A stretch of DNA of 64,000 nt from positions 1 to 64,000 of the forward strand of contig CM038999.1 of the NCBI GenBank assembly GCA_017499595.2, given 5' to 3'. The notes under the pieces were generated by a model. The model made no database searches, was not told the origin of the DNA, and saw only the letters and a program-made list of their open reading frames with translations. Source of the DNA: Psilocybe cubensis. Taxonomy: Eukaryota. Position 1 is the first letter of the stretch. Every line of letters starts with the position of its first letter. Positions 32,401 through 43,016 of the stretch are shown here, piece by piece. The translations under genes and the position numbers were made by a program.

Positions 32401-33030
32401 GTCATGTCTTGGTGTAAGAAGAATATACAAGAACGTTGGGAAAAGCGATTCGCTTTACGAGTCGCAGAGCACGACGAATCCATTCTTGTACTTAAAACCA
32501 GATTTGATCAGGTATGGAATTGGTTTTCAGCTGCTGAACTTGGAAAGACTGTTACCGAGTACTGGTCGGCATGGTATGAACATGCCGAGAAAGGTCTGTA
32601 TAGTGCAGACTCGTCCAGACCCCTTATCAAACCAGATCCAAATTACGTTCACGACCTCGATGATGTTCGCCCGGAGCTGTTCACACAGATCCTCGTGGAC
32701 GGAGAAACTGAGTTCGTACCGGATTTGAGGAAGATAGGACTACTCGGAAGTCGTTGGATAGTATCGCGAAAGCGCAATACTAATCTTTTCGACCTTGCAA
32801 ATGTGTGGAAGAAAACAGTCTTTCGTAAACTGGATGAAAACATCGCTGAAAAAGGTGGTGTTGTTCCCGAAACTCAAAACGTTAATGAAACTTATCATTC
32901 TGCTCTAGTTGAAGCTGCTGAACAGATAAGTATCGAAAGTGATAACGAGATAATACTTCATAGACGTTCAATCTCACAAGAGAGGGAACATCCAGAATTC
33001 GGCAGAATATCCAAATCTTACAACCGATGA
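29497..33030 (+). CDS. Penelope-like RT polyprotein, 1177 aa
   Basis: Intact ORF with the same RT motifs. Confidence 0.95.
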   Translation: MSSQYSAAFSRAMSPTLDVLTQAVVNNTVFGVNDEAGRHNALIDELATVVIKKIAECRSVDQVIDCVFFDYRAALREFLLNLASWCDKRETVKASLERLESAVSAGNTPNRLKVKAPEFQLTKEFADAGSAEALRVSTTFSSARDAFQKAINDGAVQAKKDELAFWDDKCALNSCYEAAALIVKATYDDRKSSYKLPVFSTDNKGVRRIAEWVVSPQKKAECSALQTILPAIFSHIKQIVNMRHRALAIKIEKKRTTAATADVEMADATKPGPSIQSLIDKGLNARLKKLNLGSVGKKASFRNPSPIILDTNYYSNYPDFVWPEFVQGSSTSGQESWPFETQVVVDAFAEEASNQGFQQGRQQEEREGESSRQEQRSKGKGKGKSLDARSTVASFTSVRPAFPNSIPDDILTMTKTDAVSFVHLNTPISFLLAGQYRSSVHCSPSVSVPVDVANDLSLGLNYMFFTLPSKNLIMQAWNDFQRRIRWRIYFLFKEGMNKPFDPDYGVSSKKKEKPPMLPQFMELGLSMGRRYVIKTIASIPEEALKEMRKHAFSPKRDKIQKFLFDNNYVITMTDKNLGLAVSERDWILRNELNLLEDERNYEELEFEVAQEVMKSKMIQMQTLARTVEDEHLFLFELGLSRFFLSNVPEDGSSFKYPQFHGIPKIHKKPTGFRPIIPCHSVVFNPAAKFVSKELKPIIKSTPSIIHGTKDLFTRLSQLRIDPKRQWYFVTGDVVAFYPNIPLDLCIEIVCNMYEEWLLNASEENTALAHINPNSLENNLVKLGIFKRAIEIGNTQLITQHGSRYFRQKNGLAMGVADSPDLANLFGAHFEIKSKILDHPNVAFYGRYIDDCFAIVYAESEALALNLIKETIKFDGCVIEWAVSSSGCQFLDAFIFKESGKLHWKPFVKTGNNRERVPWVSHHPLDVKRGVYIGELSRLAVLCSTKEIYIGAIRDLNALYLMRGYPENLVMSWCKKNIQERWEKRFALRVAEHDESILVLKTRFDQVWNWFSAAELGKTVTEYWSAWYEHAEKGLYSADSSRPLIKPDPNYVHDLDDVRPELFTQILVDGETEFVPDLRKIGLLGSRWIVSRKRNTNLFDLANVWKKTVFRKLDENIAEKGGVVPETQNVNETYHSALVEAAEQISIESDNEIILHRRSISQEREHPEFGRISKSYNR

Positions 33031-33740
33031 AAAGAATACTAGCGCGTAAGGCGTAAAGCATTAGAAAAAAACCCTAACCGTAAGTATTCCTTGCTATAAA
33101 GTAACAAACATCTACTTACAAGCAACACTTTGGATTAAATAGCTAAACCTAAACCCTAAACCCTAAACCCTAAACCCTAACCTAACCCCAACCCTAAGCT
33201 AACTAAGTCTAACCTTAGTAGGAAGTAAGGTAGGCGTGTGAACTTCCGAACGGCATGTGATTGTGAAGGGCCGGATCTAATTTAGTACATGGGAAAAGTT
33301 ACTTAGTACTTCGGGAAAAGTTCCTTAGTACCGTGGAAACATTTTTGATGGACCGGATCATGAACTGTCCAATTAAGATTCACAACAATCAATCATTCTA
33401 TTGTTTGATTGTTAGGTAAGGACCCAGGTAAGCTATTTATACTCTAGACATGTGAATATTCCCATGTCGCGGTTACTCGGAGCCACGTAACCAGAGTAAT
33501 CTATATCCATGTGATTCACATCACAGTCAATAACCCACGATGTCAAAGAACAAAAGTGTTGGATCCACTTTTGACAGGTTACCATGTGCCACATCGACCC
33601 GTGACACTCTGTTCATCAGAGACCTGTCTAACTTGACAATAAACATTGACAGATTTGTGATAGTCGGTAAGATACATGACAGCTGCGCAGCATCACTTCA
33701 CGCGCTGTCATCGGATGTCTAGAACATTCCTTCTAAGAAT

Positions 33741-33804
33741 AGCCACTGAAGAGTCTATAAAGACGAAAGGGCTGGTTGTTGGGATCCCCCAACAGCCCTC
33801 TGGC
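33741..33804 (+). ncRNA. Hammerhead ribozyme (intact), 3' pLTR of unit 6
   Basis: Same motif. Confidence 0.88.
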
Positions 33805-33874
33805 CTTCTTTCTATTTCAAACTCACAGTTTAAACTAGTCGCTCGCACCTCGCTTCGCTCGGTGCTCGCTCCCC

Positions 33875-33970
33875 CCCTAAACCCTAAACCCTAAACCCTA
33901 AACCCTAAACCCTAAACCCTAAACCCTAAACCCTAACCCTAAACCCTAAACCCTAAACCCTAAACCCTAA
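33875..33970. repeat. Interstitial telomeric tract (former chromosome end)
   Basis: About 13 CCCTAAA units. Confidence 0.95.
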
Positions 33971-34303
33971 CAAAAGTGTTGGATCCACTTTTGACAGGTT
34001 ACCATGTGCCACATCGACCCGTGACACTCTGTTCATCAGAGATCTGTCTAACTTGACAATAAACATTGACAGATTTGTGATAGTCGGTAAGATACATGAC
34101 AGCTGCGCAGCATCACTTCACGCGCTGTCATCGGATGTTCCAGAACATTCCTTCTAAGAATAGCCACTGAAGAGTCTATAAAGACGAAAGGGCTGGCTGC
34201 TGATAACAATCAACAGCCCTCTGGCCTTCTTTCCATTTAACTCACAGTTTAAACAAGTCGCTCGCACCTCGCTTCGCTCGGTGCTCGCTCCCCCCCTAAA
34301 CCC
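33969..34303 (+). mobile_element. 5'-truncated unit (partial pLTR with hammerhead at 34162-34225)
   Basis: Starts mid-pLTR at AACAAAAGTGTTGG, capped by telomeric repeats. Confidence 0.9.
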
Positions 34304-34335
34304 TAAACCCTAAACCCTAAACCCTAAACCCTAAA

Positions 34336-35594
34336 CCCTTATCAAACCAGATCCAAATTACGTTCACGACCTCGATGATGTTCGCCCGGAGCTGTTCACA
34401 CAGATCCTCGTGGACGGAGAAACTGAGTTCGTACCGGATTTGAGGAAGATAGGACTACTCGGAAGTCGTTGGATAGTATCGCGAAAGCGCAATACTAATC
34501 TTTTCGACCTTGCAAATGTGTGGAAGAAAACAGTTTTTCGTAAACTGGATGAAGACATTGCCGAAAAAGGTGGTGTTGTTCCCGAAACTCAAAACGTTAA
34601 TGAAACTTATCATTCTGCTCTAGTTGAAGCTGCTGAACAGATAAGTATCGAAAGCGATAACGAGATAATACTTCATAGACGTTCAATCTCACAAGAGAGG
34701 GAACATCCAGAATTCGGCAGAATATCCAAATCTTACAACCGATGAAAAGAATACTAGCGCTTAAGGCGTAAAGCATTAGAAAAAAACCCTAACCGTAAGT
34801 ATTCATTGCTATAAAGTAACAAACATCTACTTACAAGCAACACATTGGATTAAATAGCTAAACCTAAACCTAAACCCTAAACCCTAAACCCTAAGCCCTA
34901 ACCTAACCCCAACCCTAAGCTAACTAAGTCTAACCTTAGTAGGAAGTAAGGTAGGCGTGTGAACTTCCGAACGGCATGTGATTGTGAAGGGCCGGATCTA
35001 ATTTAGTACATGGGAAAAGTTACTTAGTACTTCGGGAAAAGTTCCTTAGTACCGTGGAAACATTTTTGATGGACCGGATCATGAACTGTCCAATTAAGAT
35101 TCACAACAATCAATCAATTGATTGTTAGGTAAGGACCCAGGTAAGCTATTTATACTCTTGACATGTGAATATTCCCATGTCGCGGTTACTCGGAGCCACG
35201 TAACCAGAGTAATCTATATCCATGTGATTCACATCACAGTCAATAACCCACGATGTCAAAGAACAAAAGTGTTGGATCCACTTTTGACAGGTTACCATGT
35301 GCCACATTGACCCGTGACACTCTGTTCATCAGAGACCTGTCTAACTTGACAATAAACATTGACAGATTTGTGATAGTCGGTAAGATACATGACAGCTGCA
35401 CAGCATCACTTCACGCGCTGTCATCGGATGTCTAGAACATTCCTTCTAAGAATAGCCACTGAAGAGTCTATAAAGACGAAAGGGCTGGTTGTTGGTACCC
35501 CCCAACAGCCCTCTGGCCTTCTTTCCATTTAACTCACAGTTTAAACAAGTCGCTCGCACCTCGCTTCGCTCGGTGCTCGCTCCCCCCCTAAACC
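34336..35594 (+). mobile_element. 5'-truncated innermost unit (ORF 3' end to 34745, 3' UTR, pLTR, hammerhead at 35454-35517)
   Basis: Starts inside the ORF at CCCTTATCAAACC, capped by telomeric tract 34293-34338. Confidence 0.9.
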
Positions 35595-35684
35595 CTAAAC
35601 CCTAAACCCTAAACCCTAGACCCTAAACCCTAAACCCTAAAACCCTAAAACCCTAAACCCTAAACCCTAAACCCTAAACCCTAA
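35586..35684. repeat. Basal (ancestral) telomeric tract with variant units
   Basis: CCCTAAA units with CCCTAGA and CCCTAAAA variants; non-array sequence follows. Confidence 0.95.
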
Positions 35685-38600
35685 TTGCACTGTATTGGAT
35701 CGACCATGTCTTGTAATCTTCTCGCGCAATGAAATGATTTCTCTCGAACTCTCCCCTCAGTTTCACTTTCACCCGCTGCCCATATTCCTGGTGTGCGCTT
35801 TAGCAATGAAAGGTTTTTGGTATGTCGCATGGTGCCGTTGCAATTTCACATTAATATCTCCCCAGGGACCAGAAACACTCACACTCCCGCATATAATCGC
35901 CCCACCTCGTCATTCAGATTAATTCAAAGTCCGGCCACTTTGGTTCGATTCCATGGGCTTGAAAGCGCTCGGAGAATACAGAAAAAAGAACGCTAATTTC
36001 TCGCACATTACCCACAGGGATTGTTCAAAATCGAGATGTTCGATGACGAGTAACATATGTTTGTTCTCTGTTTTTCAGGACAAATTTTGTATCAAACTAA
36101 CCCACCCTCTCCTCTCTCCCATCCAGCTACTTCACATTCCCCAGCGCGTACCGCTGAGAAAGATGACGCACCATCCTCCTGCGCCAAACTTCCAGACATC
36201 CCAGACGAAACGACAGGAATTCTGCAGACGCCCTTGATCTGCGCTTGACACATCGTCTGTCTTCCCGGGCAGCCATGCCATTAAGATGGATATGTGCTCC
36301 GGGGGTTCTCAAGGTCAAGAATAGCGTGGGCAGGCCGAGGAAGGGTTAGAAGGCGGATACATTGTGCGTGGTTGCAGTTATGCTCAAGGTCATCCTATTC
36401 ATCTGGATTCAGCGTGTGCCCGTGGGATTGGGAATGTCTTCTGACATTGACGGACTTGTGGGTGCGTTTGGATTTTCATTTTTTTATCAACGTCAGTGCA
36501 CTAGCTTGGTATATTTCTCTCACGATGCCCGCACCGTCGCAATTCGCTTCCACAGTCCATCCACTGTATCTACCTCCCCATAGTTTCCACAGCTCCCTTC
36601 TGAACGTTGACTTGGCGTTGTTAAACAGATTATCATTCGGGTTGTTAGCTATAGCTCTCAGTCTCTTGTTACTTCCATCTCCGCAAGTGCCACCACCACC
36701 GCATTCCCCACCTCTGCTACATCCTTACGTCCACCTCATCAGTTTTTAGGGTGCCAGTAAGTACCTCCTCATTCACCTCGTTGGCTGCAGACTCCCCGTT
36801 TATCACAAGTGACGGGCGTTGTAAGACGTGTCCCGTCTTCTGTGTATTGATATGCGTTGACGTAGGAAGCTGGTGACCCAGGTCACTCACATCGCCTGCC
36901 GGTCTACCGTACGGCATCTGAATCTTGTATTATAATATTGTGAGTGCCGTGCTCTTTTTTCGTGTATTTCATTTTGCTACGACACCAACTCGCCTTTCGT
37001 TTCACGCTTCTATGTAGACCGTAACAATTAAATATATTTCAGATAACTGTGCCCGTCACCCTCTAATTGGAAAGATGTGAGATATCGTAACCGGCAAGTT
37101 TTTATTTCCATGATACATGTCTTTTGCTTCTCATCACTGGTTCGCAAGACCCATTTAACCAACAAAAATCATTTCCAACAGACGTACGGAGAGAGCTCCC
37201 TTTGTCGACTATTCATCACCACACGTCAACGATGGTGATACACCATCCCAATGGCATACATCAACATCGACATGAATACCCGCATGAACATTACTGCCAT
37301 ACACAGCTACGCGCGCTTGGGATACAGCTGGCGAAAGCAGTGTTTGAGGCGGTTTGAGGATGATACTAGGTTCGTTGATCTTTTGGGTGCGTTATCCTTG
37401 CTGGCATGGTTGCGTCTCTCCATGTGTGCTTGAGACGCGTTTCTGACTTGAAACTTGTATCTCGCTGCTTGATTTTCACTTTCCCTATCTCATCGCATCC
37501 CACTCGTGGCGGTGCATTTGTACATTAATGGACATCCAGTAGACTGTATATTTTTCAATGGATGAATGTATATGACAGGTCGCGAGGGTTCAAATGTTGT
37601 AAGGAGGGTACCAAAGTCTATCAATTCAAACGCATATAATGGCTTGAAAGGTGAGGAAAGAACTCCACCTCCACACAGTCCATGGTCCAACGTTCGCTAT
37701 ACCGAGATCTCAGAAATAGTACACAACTTCCTTCACTTACGGAACACCGCCAATTTGATTTCATACAAGACGTCTGAGAGCCTCCGCTTGATATTGTCCG
37801 AATTCTCAAAATGCAAGCCAAAGACGAGCCAGTTAGGCTTGTTTACTCCCCCTGCGTAGACTGGATCCGAGTAAAGCACAAGGAGACTCGAAATTGGGTG
37901 GATGGTTCTCGATATGCGTGAACCAGAGGTAAATGAGGGTAAAAGAACGGTGAATCGGACAGGATCCATGCAAAATTTCCTTGAATTTCAATGAATTGGA
38001 AGCATTCCTAAAGGAAGAGGTTAATTTGTTACTCACGGATGTATACCCCCTCGTTCTTTTCTGTGCCTTTGATATACTGAAGTGTGTGCCAGCGCGGCGG
38101 GCAGGCGGTGGTAGTGATGTTGTTGGAAAGAACAAGACCGTCAATTTTTGACCTGCGAAAGCATTTTGAGAGACAGTTACAGACCATGACGTAGAGCACT
38201 TGCAAATAGCGAGTTCTACCTGTCAACGTTGCGACCAGACTCTTCAAATTGGTCCCCCTCTTTGCAGTTAGATGGTGATGGCGGCGGACCGGACTGAGCG
38301 CATGTTCTAACACCCTGCTGGAAGGCTGTTGAGCCGTCTTCAGCTTCAAATACACTGGGTGCTCCGGGAATTTTATCGTGCAAGCAAGTGGAGGAAGTGC
38401 GGACGGTGAATGAGGACGGAACGCAGGCACGCAAACTCGAATCATCAGAAGAGGACAAAATTCAGAGAGCGATTACGCACCTTCAACCAGAGCTTACTGC
38501 ACCATCAAACTGCCATCAGCCTTCTCCAATCTCTATCAGGTAGTGGGTCCGGAGCCCCAGCTACCAGCTGAAAGCGCATACTGCTATTTAAAAGGATCAA

Positions 38601-38994
38601 GGACGGGTTGATCGAGATCTCGCAAGAAAGAGTTCACGAATCACAAACCCAAGTCTTTTAAAGCGGAGATTGAAAGGCCTCTCATGCCCGCAACTGTCAG
38701 AATGACAAATAATATACACCGCGCCATTCAAAGTGTCAATTCATTTGCGCTTTTCCCATTACATGTTCATCTATTGATGTATATAGGGCAGTAGTTAATG
38801 CACAATTCACTTTTAGCATACACATACTTACCATCTGATGCGGTTTAACACTCAATCTCAATACAATAAGAGATAATGATACAAACTTAATAAAATGTAT
38901 TTTAACAAACCCGAAGCACGAAAATAAGGATACAGCAGTGAGTATAACTAAAAAAGGGATATTGTACAAACACTTGTCAAGACACAAATGCATT

Positions 38995-39920
38995 TTCACC
39001 TGTGTCCATGGATCTTGGTCACGTCGAGGACCCAATAGTCTCCCGTCTTCCCATCACGCTCAATTCGCCTGAATTGAGGCAGATGTGTGAGGTACCCATG
39101 AAGTGTTCCCTAAGCAAAACAATATGGTCAATATTAAATCATTTAAAAAATATCAATGTACTTACACGCCATCCAACATTAGGAGTCTGTGTATTTGCTA
39201 GCACATTCTCTGAGCAGCAGAGAATGAGCATTAGGGAGTTTACTTTGCTATTCCGAACCCATGGAGTCACAGCGACGGCCGACCTGGCCGATGTACCAAC
39301 TCATTAGTTTTTGGACAAGACCTAAGGAGTAAAGTTGACATACATTTGATGAGCGCTGTGGGCCTATTTTCCTTTGTGATGTATGTAGACTGAACTTGAC
39401 GGTACATAGGAAGTTGACATGGAGTAAACAGAGAAGGTGGCAGTGGGTGTAGATGTGGCAGTGAATGTAAGAGATAATGAGGGATAGTAGTTCGAGTAGG
39501 CGTAAGGGGTACCAATATACCATGCAGTACTGACCGTAGGCTGGTACATATCGGAAAGGTCTCCGAAGTAAGGGGAAAGGATGCGGGCCAGCAGGCGTAC
39601 TGCTTGTGTTCTCGTCGCCGCTTAGTGTGCCAGAAGCAAACCAAGAGTTGCCAGGCAGCCGAGGTTCCTGGTGAACCCGCTCTTTCTGCTGTGTTGCATC
39701 CTCCGACAAGTATACTTTAAGGTCTGATAATTGTTATTGATTTGTTCTGGTATTGAAACTGTCCGACTCACACTCGGACTCGTCGTCGAAATTTACGTAG
39801 CCCTCCAGTTCCTTATACCACTTCTCGGTCTGATCCACCGCTGCGTCCGAGTCTGGTGAATACTCAATTGCAGGGCCACCTTCTCTCCGGGAAGTCTGTG
39901 AGTACTGCATTGGCGTCGTC
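38995..39920 (-). pseudogene. Decayed paralog of the forkhead-like gene at 41895-43016
   Basis: ~38710-40010 is collinear with ~41615-43105 but has deletions inside the winged-helix exon (near 39205 and 39270). Confidence 0.6.
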
Positions 39921-40337
39921 AGTGTATGTGGTGTTCTGGATATGAAAAAAACGGGGAAGTGCAGGAGAAAGGATCAAATCAGAGAGGGCAATGGCGAGAT
40001 GGACAAAAAGGAAACGATGATTACCGAATCGTCAGATCACCATGTTCCCTGGTTGAACGACTAGACGATTCCCAACCACTCAAGGTTTGGGAGGAGGTGG
40101 TGTAGCTTCCCATGCTATCAAGCCAATCAATCATAGGTGGATATCGAGTTCGGGAAGGGGTGTGATGCGTCAAAGGAGGTGAAGAAATGGACTATCAGTG
40201 ATAAATTGAGCTGTGAACGTAACAGCATATGCACCTCTACTTCCGCCAGAGTGTCTGTCTCGGTGTAGGAAGCTGTATGGATGAATCTCCTTGTTATCTA
40301 CATAGTGCTCCATCTCCTGATTTCGCGTTACTGAGGT

Positions 40338-41190
40338 GTAGCAATAGACAGATAAAATAAGATGTGTGATACAAGTGCAATTTCAGGGGTTCCAAACTAA
40401 GAGCGAGCATTATGCGTGTAGCATTAAACGGCGACGATGGGGTGCAGCTGGTGTAAAGTCACAGACTGAAATCTTTATCAACAATCACTGATATTCTTTC
40501 TGCTTAGTGTACATGACAGTATCTCACTACAGGTATAAAACCTCCCTATTGTCCATGTGCCATACGATCCGAAGCTGCTATAGCTCCTTGAGTGTTTCTC
40601 TCACCACGCCCTTCAACCAAATTGTAGCCGGCTATGGATATATACACTCGTACCGGCACGGAACCACGAGGCTCATACTGAGAATCCGTTTAGTATTCTC
40701 AGACAATTTTCTTCGGCCGATGCAATACTGTGCAATACTCATATGTACAAAGAAAGTGTTCACAAGAGGAGTTGAGGTCGAAGATGCTAGAAGCCAAAGA
40801 CCGTGGGAAACCTCATGGGCCCTGGCCTGCCGATGCTACCGTTAAACGCATGGTATCCTTGTATCGAACTCTAAATCCCATCAACAAATTTTTCGGTCTT
40901 GCCGTTTTAAATGTGTGCGCATACATACTACCTTGTTTTTGTGGGGCGGCCTGATGAATGACACAATCTGTCAATCTGTGAGTGTGGCAGATGAATTAAA
41001 AACACTTATTTATAATAACCTATTGGTGTATAACAGACTATTGGACTCTATTGTGGACAACAAGGACAATTTTGAGGAAGATATGGTTAGAGAAACAGAG
41101 CTATCGAGAGATGAAGGTGCAGATAGCCGTTTTGACATGGTGAACAAAATCCTGGTATGGCCTGTAAGCGTAACTCGAGTCATAATGTTT
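40338..41190. repeat. Dispersed duplication, copy 1 (partner ~57497-58325)
   Basis: Shared TAGCAATAGACAGATAAAATAAGATGTGTG... segment; near-identical for ~240 bp, then diverging. Confidence 0.85.
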
Positions 41191-41894
41191 TTTCGTAATA
41201 AGAAATTCAATGACAGGTAATTTCGATGAGAGAAAGACTCATACCGTATGTATCATTGATCCAATTTGTGGGATTGGCAATCAGGTGATATCAACAGTAG
41301 CTAAGCGTGCTTCTTTGTCGCTCGCGGCTGTACGGCTCGCAGTGTCTGAATCCTCGACACCGACTTGTTTAAAGTTTTATCTGTAATTAAAATAATACCT
41401 CACTCCTGGGATACTTCCTCGGACTGTAAATACACGAGCTCTGGTAAGCAATGTGACGTAAACGCTCCCCCAAACATGTCCATTGTATGTGTGAAACCAA
41501 TGTTGCTGTAGGTGGAATACATTTTATAACCGGCAAGCTGTAGTAACTTTGGTGTGTACGTTGCAAGGTCAGTAAACCAATCAGCAACTAATTCGAGGAC
41601 ATAAAATAGCAAGAAATAATATATACCGCGCGATTCAAAGTGTCAATCCATCTTTTCCCATTACATGTTCATCCATTGATGTATAAAGGGCAGTAGTTGA
41701 TGCACAACTCACTTTTATCCACATACTTACCATCTGATGCGGTTTAACACTCAATCTCAATACAATAAGAGATAATGATACAAACTTAATAAAATGTATT
41801 TTAACAAACCCAAAGCACAAAAATAAGGATACAGCAGTGAGTATAACTAAAAAAGAGATATTGTACAAACACTTGTCAAGACACAAAGGCATTT

Positions 41895-43016
41895 TCACCT
41901 GTGTCCATGGATCTTGGTCACGTCAAGGACCCAATAGTCTCCCTTCTTCCCATCACGCTCAATTCGCCTGAATTGAGGCAGATGGGTGAGGTACCCACGA
42001 AGTGTTCCCTAAGCAATACAATATGGTCAGTATTAAATCATTTAAAAAATATACATTTACTTACACACCATCCAGAATTAGAAGTCCGTGTATTTGCCAG
42101 CACCGGATACCTCTTTACCAAGAAGTTTATTATTTCCTGTACTGTTGCTCCATTACTCTCTGAGCAGCAGAGAACAAGCATCAGGGTGTCTATTTCTTTG
42201 TATCGAACCCATGGAGTGACATCCACGGGCCACGCATCTTCAATTGCAACATCGCGGGGGATGTTGAGAATGTCACGAATGATGTTCTCCGTGTCCTCCT
42301 GCGACGGCAATGAATCTTCTTCTTCACGGCTTAGCCTCCCTGTCCCGCCCGAAACACGCTTTGCTGCCGTACTACCAGCAGCTGTCCGTCTACGACGGCC
42401 AACCTGGCCAACGTACCACCTTATTAGTTATCGGACGAGACCTAAGGAATAAAATTGACATGCCTTTGATGATCTCTGTGGGCCTATTGTTCCTTGTGAT
42501 ATGTTTACACTGGAGGCGGAAGGTATGCAGGAAGTTGAGTAAGGGGAGATGGTGGCAGCGGGTGTAGATGTAGGAGCGAATGTATGACATGAGGAAGAAT
42601 AGTTGTTTGAGTAGGCATAAGGGTTACTGATATACCATGCAGTATAGACCGTAGGCTGGTACACATCGGATAGGTCAGTTGACATCTGATACACAAGATA
42701 TCCGAGAGCACAATACCGCGGGACTCCTCCGAAGTAAGGGGAAAGGCTGCAGGGCAGCAGGCCCACCGCTCGTGTTCTCGCCGCCGCTTAGTGTGCCCGA
42801 AGCAAACCAAGAGTCGCCAGGCAGCCGAGATTCCTGGTAATCCCCCTCTTTCTGCTCTGTTGCCTCATGCTCGGACTCGTCATTGAAATTCACGTATCTC
42901 TCCATTTCTTGGCACCACCGTTTGATCTGCTCCTCTGTTGGTTTTGAGTCTTGTGAATGGAAAATCCTAAGGCCATCTTGGCTCCGAGAAGTATCTGAAC
43001 ACTGTGTTTGCTTCAT
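41895..43016 (-). CDS. Multi-exon gene with a divergent forkhead/winged-helix domain
   Basis: ...LVLCCSESNGATVQEIINFLVKRYPVL...SGWC, then a GT-AG intron (42064-42009), then GTLRGYLTHLPQFRRIERDGKKGDYWVLD. Resembles the forkhead pattern LTLxEIY..YP..GW.NSIRHNLS..F.K..R..GKG.YW. Upstream exons are approximate. Confidence 0.6.

Larger units (their letters stand above)
27795..33884 (+). mobile_element. Penelope-like retroelement unit 6 (5' pLTR contains the group I intron)
   Basis: ORF nearly identical to unit 3; pLTR haplotype A. Confidence 0.92.

Noticed and set aside
141-35594. LTR retrotransposon, LINE or telomerase gene
   Set aside because: No gag zinc knuckle, protease, RNase H, integrase or APE domain, and no TG..CA ends or TSDs. 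The RT motifs and telomeric polarity fit endonuclease-less PLEs.
35695-38460. Short ORFs just inside the basal telomere, and similar ones at 53300-57400 and 62000-64000
   Set aside because: No recognisable domains or consistent exon chains by eye; genes may exist but cannot be supported here.
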